Origin: Trichoplax adhaerens
Lineage: Eukaryota > Animalia > Placozoa
Assembly (NCBI RefSeq): GCF_000150275.1
Contig: NW_002060943.1
Span: 3,065,264 to 3,129,263 of the forward strand
Reading direction: 5' to 3'
Length of the DNA stretch: 64,000 nt
The position numbers and the translations under genes are program-made. Positions 28,263 through 39,897 of this stretch are shown here, in pieces (within the stretch, counting starts at the first letter, position 1; every line of letters starts with the position of its first letter). The notes beneath the pieces are model-generated. The model made no database searches. It was not told the origin of the DNA and was given only the letters and a program-made list of their open reading frames with translations.

Positions 28263-31200
28263 TTATAAGGATAATGTTTTAGCGATATTATGCTTTAATT
28301 TAGCCACGGATAATAATTCCTGTATAGATACTTGATAACTATCACGGACATTTTTCAGCATATCAGATTCATTCGATTTATAAGTCTTCAGCCACAAGTC
28401 AGACAAATCGGAATTTTCTTCTAACGCCTAACGAACAAAATCATATCAAGCGACAACAATAAGTATATAGATAGGTATATATTCATACGTACAGGCATCC
28501 AAGAACACGTAATATTCATGTAGCTAAACACAATCTTACCTGTTCTTTAGTCTGTAAATTGAACGAAATTTTCAAATGACCAAGATTTTGTACCAAGAAA
28601 TTATCTTTAATTGTGACCAAATTTTGTACAACATCGTCACAAGCCGATTGAACTGAAGTAATCAATAACTTGAAATTTTCTAAATCAATTGCAAGCTATG
28701 AAACAGAAAAAATTAATAATGTTCAGCTACATACTACAGTATATCAAGGATAATTAATTTGAAATTTATCATTGTGCATCATTTAATTCTAATAATGTAA
28801 AACTTTTACCCCCTGCGAGGCGCTCTTCTTCTTTCGACTCTTTCTGCTGAAGGAAATCGACTTAACAGTTTTGACAAACGCACCCATTAGCATAACTATA
28901 TAGCCTAAAGTCTAAATCAACCATTTCAACCCATTATAACTAATTCTACCAAGATAACATCAAGTAAAGTCATATACTACCAACCTCCACTAACAGCACG
29001 TTAGGTTCAAGATTATGACCATTGAAACATTTGGCATTTTCATTGCATAAGTTATACCTTTGCAATCCATCTACGTAAGATATAATATCTCAGTAAGAAA
29101 AAAATATCGACTCAAAAATGTAGAATCTACATGCCATACTAAGATTTACGTACCGGCGAATGTCTGACCAATTTTACTAATTTCCACTCCTACGTTTTCG
29201 TTCGTCTCTTTATAAAGAAAAAAGTTTAAATCTTCTATTAAAGTTCGATCCATAAATACAACTAAATTAATAAGGACACATATGCCATATTTATTCATAA
29301 AAGAAACCTTTAGAAGGGCAGATCAGCTTCAAAAGAACAGACGCTATATCCAATAGGAGTCTGTCCAATCCTCCATCAATGATAGAATTCCAACGTGTTT
29401 GAGGTGGACCATGCCATCTCCACTTTACAGAGTAAAATTTAAAAGCAAACATCAGCACCTTTCATCAATATTCATGCATTTTAAAAGCTACTATCGACTA
29501 TTCTAAGCTTACCAAACATTTAAAACCTGGATGATCAACTACTCTCTGGTATAAAGTCTTTGATTCATCAATAAAATTCGTTAAAGATGTTCTTAAATGA
29601 GATACAACGCTTTGAGCATCAGAATCATTGGATACTTTCTGGCTTAACTCAATTACATCACCCAGGAGTTGTAAATTAACTGAAAGGTACTTTAAATGAA
29701 GTATCTAAGCAACATAGTAAAGATTGAAATATTTCCTTTAATGATTAGTTCACATGAAGTTATACAAATCATCAAGCCATTTTTATACCTCTAGCTGCAT
29801 CGACCAATCTGCTTCACTTTGTAATCGATTTCTAAGGTATTAAAAGAATGGCTAAGTATTTTGATAAATAATAATCAAATCATCAGCTAAAATATCTTAC
29901 GGTTCCAATTTATCCCAAAGTCTAATAATTCTAACATCTCTACCATCGATAAGCTGATTTAAGAAATTTTCTACGAAAAAAAAGAAATTTAAGCAAATTT
30001 ATCATCAGTGTAAAACAGCTAGACAAAGTATCATTACATTACTTTACCGCTTAATAGAATATCACCATTCGGGGGATATTTTAGAAAGGAAAGCGCTTCA
30101 TCACAGCTATGATAATTAAGGATCAAAATTAAAAACATGAGATTAACAATACTGATACTGTATAACCTACAACAACAATGTAACCTATGGTACTACCTGC
30201 TACTTTTATGGATCACATCTAAATAAAATTTGTAATATTTCATAGTCCATAGCTGCAAAGAATTCTGTAACCTTTTTTCGAAATCGATGAATTCAGTTAT
30301 CTAAGAAGATACGCAAACAAAACTTAACAATCATACCATGTGTCAGAGGAAAATATTTTTGGAAAATAATGCATCACTACCAACCTTAGTAAAATTTCCA
30401 TATTTATAGGCCTGCAATTTTTGGTCTACACACTATCAAGATATTAAATCGTATATCAAATTAACATAACTATATTTATTATATACCTACGTGATATTAG
30501 AATAGAATATAACTTACTTCTCTACGACTAACTAAAAAAAATTTTTCTTCAGCTTCGTAAATACTGCGTGCAGTCTTAAAATGTCCAAGGCGATGTGCGT
30601 TAGACGTCATGAGGTACCTGTTTACAACACATCAGTCAAATTGAAACCGTCAACTTTAGTAATGTAACATGTATCAGGATTTCTAGGAAACACCCGACGT
30701 ACCCTAGTGTATCATGTTGAATATATTTTATGGATAAATTATTAAAAATCTTGTGAGCAGGTTCAAACGCTCCTAAATAGATTTATAAAACAATTGTAAA
30801 AAAAAAAGTCGAAGATTATTCTCAAGAGTATTCATGACTATTTATCTATTATAATTAGTTTTAATCAATCAAACAACTGAGCCACTAACCAATTTTACAA
30901 TACAAAATAATTAGTATTATCCGCATTTGCGGGTTATGAGGACTGGCTTTTAAGGCTGATTCTAATACCAGTATTATGTGCCAGATGTCGTTTCCGTCAT
31001 CTAAGAAGTAACAAAAATTTGTAAGTGAAGGGACTTACCTTCAGGACACACACACACACACAGGAGTATAAAATATTTATTATTAATTTACCGGTGTCTT
31101 TACTTAAATCCAACAGCAAATGACAAGCAAGTACACAGAAATCATCAGTATACTGTAATTCGGAGGACTTTAGCTCTTTACCTACAGTTTAACAAATAAT

Positions 31201-34200
31201 TTCATTTCAGTAAAACGGTAAAATTTCATATTTAGTATTCAAGGCTATATCTATTCGACCTAAACTTAAGCCTTTTCCATGATATCCTATTAGCTGTTGA
31301 GCTGTCTTCAATTTTTCATTAAAAGATAAATTACGATAACAGCCGGCATAATTCTTCAACGTTGCAACACATATGAATCTATTGCAAACATGCGAAGGCT
31401 AAATAGAATAGGTAAAAACGCTATTAAAGCCATTTACTCCTTATGAAAAATATTACAATCAACGTAATAACCTTTAGATCGGAGTTTTTGCCGTCTATTA
31501 TCAAATCTATGTAACTTGATTCATTCGCTCGTAACGTTTCTTCCAAGCTACTAATTAGCTATTTTATCAAGAAAATTTAACAAGTATTAGCGACGGATTA
31601 ATATTTATATTTCTATTACTAGTAAATCGTACCTCTTCTTGACTTTCTGCTTGATCAAAATGCAATGTCATTTCCTGAAAACAACAACCTTTATTACCGA
31701 ATCTTGCAAAATATTCCTTCAGTAGCGTGTTAAATGTTTCAGGGACTACGACAATGCCAGTAATAAAACAAATGCTTTCATTTAGTTTTTATCTAGTAAA
31801 TTAGTATGTACTATACTTACTGTACATAGTTTGAGTATGCAACATTAACACTAAACAAATATTACATTCAGCATTACCGCACGACTGAACTTCCTTGCCC
31901 TGAGTGCGCATCTTGTGACGCTTCTTGATCTCCATCTGTGCTAAGTAAGGACCTCGACTGCAGTTAGCACCAGAACTACCTCCATTTTCTAATAAACTGC
32001 AAATAAATTCCGTAGCCATATCGATAGTATAATCAGGCCTATAAATACAGCGTTATACCAGAATTCGTCATTTATTATACGTTGTAATTACGTCAAAATT
32101 TGTTTACGCGTTTTTACAGGCCAAGCACGAATAAATACACCGCTAAACGTAATTTGATCACAAATGGATCATTAGAGAACTAACATAATCTCAGCTTCAT
32201 TGTTATCCTTAGGCTTCCACTCCATATCAATCAAATTAAATACAGAGTCAAGATAGAGATTGAAATTACGCCAATCATCGCATCTATTAATAATGACGAC
32301 CGTCAATAAAATGAATCAATGATGTATTGCCTAAACAAAACTCAAACAATAAACAATAAAAACGACTTATAATTATAAGTTAACCTCTTCCTCAAGTATG
32401 CCTTTAAACAAGAGTTTAACTCTGCATGAGAATTAGCCTCCTGCAGCATTTCTATTTTCAAAAAGTCACGGTGAATTAACAAATCTCCTTCAATTTCTGT
32501 TTTCAAATAGGTAGAGAAAGATAACATCAGAAAGCTATACATAACCAGCAGGAAGTAAAAGCCATGTTTTAACTTATGATGTACGTGGATTAATATGTAA
32601 AATAGGTCATTGATCGTTACCTGGTACTTGACAATGCACTACTTTCAGTGCTTCAGATATCTTATCACTCATGCGAAGAATCATTACGTATAACAGAATT
32701 TCTATCAATAGAAATAAACAAATTACATCAATAAGCGATGATATGAAACAGTTTGCAATTTTTAGAAATTCTTTCTAGAAAAATATGAAGAAATTTCTAT
32801 AAAACATGTTATATTATACAAACCAGCTTCTGTATGTAATCCACCGTCGCCAATCATTTTTTGCATCATTTTTTCTGCTAACGGTAGGAACATCTTTTTG
32901 CTTAAATTCTTGTCGGTGCTATAGTAAGCCTGATATAATTACCACGCAGATAAGGCATAAAACAAAAGCAATTTTAATTGCCTAAACCTGATTAAATTAA
33001 CCTATAATCTCAACCAGGTAAAAATAAATAAGACACACCTGCAAAACGTTGCTAAATACAGCCCACCAGTAAGTGGATCTTTTTCCGTCCGATCTATAGA
33101 GATTCATTGCTGCCTGTTAATTAAGCAAATTACCATAGATTTAGGCAGAAAAAGCAAGATGTTTAGGACAAAGTAAACAACTATTGCGTTTTATTGTTTT
33201 TCTATCATGAATGAGTTACTGTATCTCAATAGCCGTTCTTTTCATTTAAATTCACTAACTTGCTGTTGCTTCTTGTAGTCTTCAGTTCTTGCATAAGCCA
33301 GAAACAATTTGTTCATAAATTCTAAACGCTCTGAACCTTTCGATACAGCTACAGCTTTTTCCAGTATTTTAGGTATTTCATCCGCTAAAACATTTAAATA
33401 CAAAGAAAAACATCTAATGAAACTCTGCGCCTACCTATTGATATTTAATCGCACTTTACGTATAATTGACGTTCAATCTTACGTTTAGCATCCTTATAGA
33501 ATACTATCAAGCCTTGAATAACCATTTCATCGACTATTACTTCGGTAGTAACTTGGCTGACTTCTTCTAGAGCATCAGACAGTTTACCAGATCGAAATAA
33601 TGCAACACCTTTGGCAACCTTTTAAGATTATTTAACATTAATCAACAATGGTTTCTGTTATGTATCAGAGTAACGCAGAAAATATATAGAATTAAATCAT
33701 AGGCATACATCCCAAATATATCTAAGTTAAGAGAATAACATAATTATCTAAGTAATGAATTCTTGATTCTCACAATTGAGTAAAGTTCTTACTTGACAAT
33801 TTAAATTTATACCTGCTATTGATATTTAAATTACTTTGCAATGACATGAATTATTAATCTTTTAGTAACTTACGTGAGCCATTTGCATCAACTGCGGTTG
33901 CTTTTGTTTACTTGACAATAATTTTTCTGCCATTTGCACAGCCTTTTTATAATTTCCATTATCAATAGCCTCTAAAAAATGTTATAAAAATCACAAATTC
34001 AGCTAACACCCTTATATCTACTAATTATTCATGACCTTGTGAAACCATAACGGATTTATGCAACGCAAATGTAATATACAAGAAAAAGATATCTTTAATA
34101 TGATCTGAAGTTCATATAGTGTTTGCAACTGAGCGTTCGTAATCGAACCTTTATTAAAGCAGTCAGCTATCAAGTTACATAAACTATGAAACTGCTACTG

Positions 34201-36355
34201 CTACTACTTTATAAGATAAACCTAACTGTTAAGCAAGTAATCATAGCACAGATTAATTACGATTATCGTGTCTAATTGTTCAAATAGTTGTCAATTTATC
34301 GCTCCATCAATCAACTATTCATACAGTGTATTGTATCAAACTTAGGAAGTAATAAGAAAGTAGCCCAATTTTCCCAAATGTTATTTTCTAATTATACAAC
34401 CCTGTTAGATAGTGTTAAGTCAGAATTTCTAAAAGGTAGTGATTAATTCAAAGTAACGCTCCAATGTATCATGTAGCAAATTTATTAGGCCCAAAATAAC
34501 TAGTGCCAATGATTTTTTTCATTTATAAGTTGACGTTTACAACTTTTAAAACAAGATCATCTCACAGATCGATCCTCCTTTGCCAACTCAGGCATCATAA
34601 TAACAAAGCGCTATGTTATGGTTACAATAATTTGTAACGCATGATTAAAGCAGCAAAAGAGTTGCACATTGGAAACAGTTCATCAAATTGGCTGATATAT
34701 TTTGCACTGATCATCTTGGCCATTTTAATCAAGTAATACTAGATGTGTAACAACGGGATTCTAGCCTACAGTATTGTGCATCATGGATGACAAAAGGAAT
34801 CATATCTCCAATTGCAAGGAACTATTAAATTAAAAATAGCATTGACCGTTAAATTGTTAATTTATAAGTCTGGATAAAGCAGGCTGGAATCTTAGCCTAG
34901 GTTCTTCGTCATCATATCTGACAATAACTACATCACAAAGAACTGTTACATTTAAAGTAAGAATAATCGTCCAGTAGACTTCGAACGCAGTTACTATGCA
35001 ACCTTTATTCGATTAGGTACCTTTATCCGGTTTAAATGGCAGAATATACAGCATAGCAAAGTAGAAGCTTCTAGCTTAGAATAGCGTCTATCAAATAATG
35101 TACTGAATAATTATCATTGCAGTTATAAAAAAAATAGTGTGATATTTCAAGTAGTCATGTAATTCATCGCTAAAATTTATTACAGTAGCAATTCAATTGA
35201 CTGTTACAGATTGGAAATTCAGAGGATGTACATAAATTAGACGGGAACTTTGCTTAGATTATTCTTCTGTTCTCATATCTCAATCTAGTATGACTGCATC
35301 GCGCAAAACTCTTGGATATCTAACTGGTAGAATATATAGTATATCATAGGCGAGATTTAATCTTAGAATAACACCTATCAACTAGCAATACCCATCAAGA
35401 AGCCCTTTAATACAATATGATATTATGCATTTTACCATGCAACCGCATAGAAGAGATTTAGTTGGAAATAATGCCTATCCAGTAGAAAAGCTCTTCAAGA
35501 AGCTTTCAAACATACTTGTAAAGCATCTGCGTTCCACGCGATAGCATAGAAGAGATTTTAGCTCAAAATAATATCTATCAAGTAGCAATACTGATCAAGA
35601 AGCTCTCTAACGCAGTATGTACAGCAGACAGACGCTTTATGTGACAGCATCGAAGAGATTCTAGCTGAGAAGGTCTATCAAATAGCCATGGCGATGCTGA
35701 GGCCTCTCAACACAATGTGCAAAGAACCGAGAGCACCCACAAATACGCGTAGAAGGCTTCTATATTAGACTGAACACTCTTTAGCTAGTCTAAATCCCCA
35801 AAGTACATTAGAGCATTGAATCAATTTGGGCTAAGAATAGTGTGTTATCCATGACTATCTAGTAATACAAGAAACAACTTGTCGTGGTAGTTATAAACCA
35901 CGGTGCCATGATTCCAATTATACAGTAATTCATTACAATGCTGTAGACCAATATGTTCAACCGATTCATCTATCCACTACTGTATTGAAAAGCAAGTCCT
36001 TTGTTTCCATTTCTCAATTTCGACCTATCTAATGGATATGATATGTCTAGTACAAAGAATTTTAAGCTAAAATATTCATCTATCATGCTACTATAAAGCC
36101 CAACTTGACCATGACAGCTAAAATGAGCAATAGAACGACTAAAACAGCAACGATCATTCCTTTCTCAGGCTATCACTGCAGTCAAGCCAATGGCAAATTG
36201 TCTTTTTTTCCCTCCCTTGCAATCTCAATTCAAGGCTATGACTACTCTAGCGTAGTATACTAAGATATCGGCATGAAATTAATTAATATCATCTTACCAT
36301 AGACTGGTCTAATCTTTCTCTCTGTAATATCACTATTACCGCTCTTATTCGCCAT
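28263..36355 (-). CDS. NAA25: N-alpha-acetyltransferase 25, NatB auxiliary subunit (MDM20), multi-exon
   Basis: Exon 1 (36298-36355) MANKSGNSDITERKIRPVY, followed by EAIDNGNYKKAVQMAEKLL, LFLAYARTEDYKKQQQ|AAMNLY, YWWAVFSNVLQ, NLSKKMFLPLAEKM and DDWRNFNLYLDSVF. Stop TAA at 28263-28265. Confidence 0.93.
31046..31061. repeat. (CA)n microsatellite in NAA25 intron
   Basis: acacacacacacacac run. Confidence 0.85.
35345..35775. repeat. Degenerate ~100-bp tandem array (4-5 copies, plus an outlier near 35060) in NAA25 intron 1
   Basis: GAAGAGATT...CTATC.A.TAGC...TCAAGAAGC core recurs at ~35352, 35453, 35552, 35655 and ~35755 (periods 99-103). Confidence 0.75.
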
Positions 36356-36790
36356 TTTACTATAAAGGAAATGAACGAAAAGAAAGAAATTCACTGGCAG
36401 CTTTACAGCAATGGAGACTCTCTTTCAAAGGAGCACTGGAGGAGAGGCAATTTTCAATGGATAGAAGAGGCTTTTACGCATGAGCATAGCAGTCATGTGG
36501 GATGTGTGTGCCATGGGTGGACAATGTGGGTTCTGGAAGAAATGATAGTCAATGATATGAACTGTCGATTGTAGGAGTGATGAAATACAGGCAACGTATA
36601 ACGACTCTCCTCTCTAACGCAGTTACCACGATGGAACCATGGAGTCACTGTATCAGTTGGGAAAGATCGCGTCCTACTCAAAAATTATTCTATACTGTAG
36701 TATGTATTCAATAGAGCTGTACAGGATATAGTAGTATGATCGTAACTTTCTTTCTAGCCTGACACACGTGTGCCGATATTGGCCACCATG

Positions 36791-37237
36791 GTGTAACGAG
36801 TGGTTAACTTCTAACCAGGGGCAGTGTAACCAGTGGTTCGCTTCTAATCAAGGGCAGCGTAACCACTGCCCACTGGTTCGCTTCTAACCAAGGGCATTGT
36901 AACCCGTGGTTCGCTTCTAACCACGGGCAGTGTAACCAGTGGTTAACTTCTAACCAGGGTCAGTGTAACCACTGGTTCACTTCGAATCACGGGCAGTGTA
37001 ACCACTGCTTCGCTTCTGACCAAGGGCAGTATAACCCGTTGTTCGCTTCTAACCAGGGGCAGTGTAACCAGTAGTTAACTTCTAACCAGGGCAGCGTAAC
37101 CACTGGTTCGCTTCTAACCAAGGGCAGTGTAACGCGTAGTTAGCTTCTAACCAAGGGCAGTGTAACCCGTAGTTCGCTTCTAACCAGGGGCAGGGTAACC
37201 AGTGGTTAACTTCTAACCAGGGCCAGTGTAACCATTG
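36791..37237. repeat. 33-bp minisatellite, ~13.5 copies (consensus GTGTAACCAGTGGTTCGCTTCTAACCAAGGGCA)
   Basis: Contiguous head-to-tail units with no unique spacers; one unit has a 7-bp insertion and one a 1-bp deletion. Confidence 0.95.
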
Positions 37238-37874
37238 CGCCTAGGAAGTAGCTCAAAGTCTATACTATCTCTATTCCATTTTAACCATTGATCGCTGGCC
37301 AATGGGCAGTCAGTCCATACCAACCCACAACTGCAATCGCGTAGCATCTGCTTTGCTTTGAATGAAAGCCATTTCCGGCATTTTCTTCGCCGATCGCTCT
37401 ACCTTCTACCTCATTGCCACCATTCCTAAGGGTTTAAGAAGCTCAAATTGACTTATATTATTCCTACGACTGCCTGATGGAGATGCATTTTACTTCTATT
37501 CCATGACTCTTGTGACCAATCATCTTTGAGAGAGGATTAACAGGGTAGGTAGTCCTTGCATTCTTAGTTGAAAACCCCCGGTAATACTCAGCTGCAGTAG
37601 GCTGGCCGGTCTCGATGATAACACTAGAAGGGGCAAGGCTTAAATAGCAATGGATCAGCTGGAAAATAAAATTATGAGCAAAGATTTATCTTTGATCTTT
37701 GTTAAATTTAATCTACGATACAAGTCATTAACATTGATGATGAAATAACATTCAGTTAAAGTCAACTTGTTGGAATAAGATGTTTATTTTAGTAAAGCAT
37801 AGACCCAGCTGATTTGAAGATTGCATCATTTTTTTTCTTTTTTGGCGATCTATAGGTAACGTTTACTCGATATC

Positions 37875-38453
37875 ATGGCCAAAAGTACAACGTTTACGGT
37901 GGCACTTATTGGTCCACAAGGTGTTGGTAAATCGACCATTGCCAATTACTTTTCTACACATGATACATTAGGCGATATCGTAGGTATTTATGAAATTCAA
38001 AGTAATCGAGTTACTATCACCAATGATTGGAATGAAGAATTCGATGTTAGTATCTTAGTCGTTTGTGACCAAGCTGATCAATCCTATAAACAAATATACG
38101 ATGCCCTGAAAAGAAGATCTCGTCAAGTGGTTGTTGTCATCAATAAAATTGATTGGCTAGTAGAAAATGGTGTCTCATTAATCGATTTAGAAAATCATTG
38201 GCGTAGTGTGGTAGGATTACACTCTGATGTTGTCTTAATATCGGCAAAGTATGGTAAAAATATGGAACAACTTCAAGTCATAATTACCGATGTAGTACGC
38301 CATCCATCAGCATTTCCTTTACCATCGGTATCACGAAAGACGTGGTGGATACTGTCTGCTCCTAAAACCCGACGTCAGCTTGTATTTCGTGGATTTTTTG
38401 CTGCTGCATTATTTTCAACCTTTTTTTACTTATTTAAAAGTTATCGACGATGA
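37875..38453 (+). CDS. Atypical small P-loop GTPase (Era/TrmE-like TRAFAC features) with C-terminal transmembrane tail anchor, single coding exon
   Basis: G1 GPQGVGKST, G4 VINKID, G5 ISAKYG. Hydrophobic C-terminus LVFRGFFAAALFSTFFYLF followed by basic KSYRR. A pyrimidine tract and TAG acceptor lie just upstream (~37855). Confidence 0.8.
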   Translation: MAKSTTFTVALIGPQGVGKSTIANYFSTHDTLGDIVGIYEIQSNRVTITNDWNEEFDVSILVVCDQADQSYKQIYDALKRRSRQVVVVINKIDWLVENGVSLIDLENHWRSVVGLHSDVVLISAKYGKNMEQLQVIITDVVRHPSAFPLPSVSRKTWWILSAPKTRRQLVFRGFFAAALFSTFFYLFKSYRR

Positions 38454-39897
38454 TCATTTTACCATTCTATTATTATGGTCAGGCAAACTGATCGGTATCT
38501 TGAGACAGGAAGAAGAAACGATAAAGGCTAGACATGCACTTATGGTAATAAAGAGTAAACTACTCGAAATTATTTGATATTCACTTTGAACAACTTTAAT
38601 TTACATAATCAATCGAATTATGAATATTGACGCAAGAATATGATAATTTTAATACAAATCAATTTTTTTATCGTGCATTAGGTGATTTTTACGAAGTGCT
38701 CAGTTAATTAATGCTATAACTTTGTACAATTTGATATACGTAATTGCAACAACATTGTATAATTAATCTGAATCGTATTTATGATAAATGAATATATCAC
38801 AATATAATATCAAAGGATTGACTACACAAGACAATATTTCTATACACACGCTCTTAAATAACTGATAAAGAAGTACGTATACATGTAAATAGACAAGTAG
38901 TTATCGGGTATAAATTATTGTACATTGTACATTGTACATTCCATAGCAATTTTTTTCAAATCTTTCATACGTGATCCAAGGGTCAATGATAATAAAATAT
39001 AACATGCAGCTATATGGGATATACACTCGTATTGTAACAGCAGCGTTGTGAACAAATCTCACCAAACGTTTATCGAACAGCACCAATGATTTCCTTAATG
39101 AGTGAGAGTTAAAGATTTGAAGTACTTGCTAAAGAACTATATTGAATGTATGTATACTTGCACTCTCTTGGAATTCTATTTATATAGCGTAATATTTTAT
39201 TTCAATCTAAGCTTCATAGCAAATATTTGCATGATAATATTTCTTTTATACTGGATTTTATTAACTGCATAACTATCTTTTTTAACCTCTAATCGAAAAA
39301 CTTAAAAAAAATACCAGCGTTTCTTATATACTCTGAAACATTTAGACAGATAAGTACAAAGCTGATCGGATTGTTCTTAAGTTTAAATCATTGATAATCC
39401 AAGTTACTGAAATTTCACAGTAATTTCAACATAGATCATTCAAATAAACTAATCGCTCGCTAGCTTAACAGATACCACTTCTTATGCAACCTGTTGCTCT
39501 TCACATTAGACAAAAATATATAGGTATAAAAACTACTTTTAATTTCCAAGATAGTAATTAACATATGTCAAACTCAATGAAGTTATTACAAGATGAAACT
39601 AACTGTAAAATCAATGCATAAAAAATTTCATACTAGAACGATAGATCAATCAAGATACGTTTGTTTGTTATTGTTACTGAAGAGACTAATATGTTTTTTA
39701 GCTAATACCACTAATACCTAGGTATCAGATAAGGTGGAAAAATAAAGAAGTTTCGTAATATTATGACAAGCTAACGAAATATTATACATGAGTGATACCT
39801 TTTTTACAATTGAGATAAAACAAATATATGAATACATATTACTCTATATACAAAAATTTACACAATGGTTAAATAAATCGCTAAGAGGTTTTTAGTC

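Noticed and set aside
36791-37237. CRISPR array or repetitive neuropeptide precursor
   Set aside because: Units are contiguous with no unique spacers, there are no cas genes, and the context is eukaryotic. The open frame lacks a start, a signal peptide and dibasic cleavage sites, and is broken by indels.
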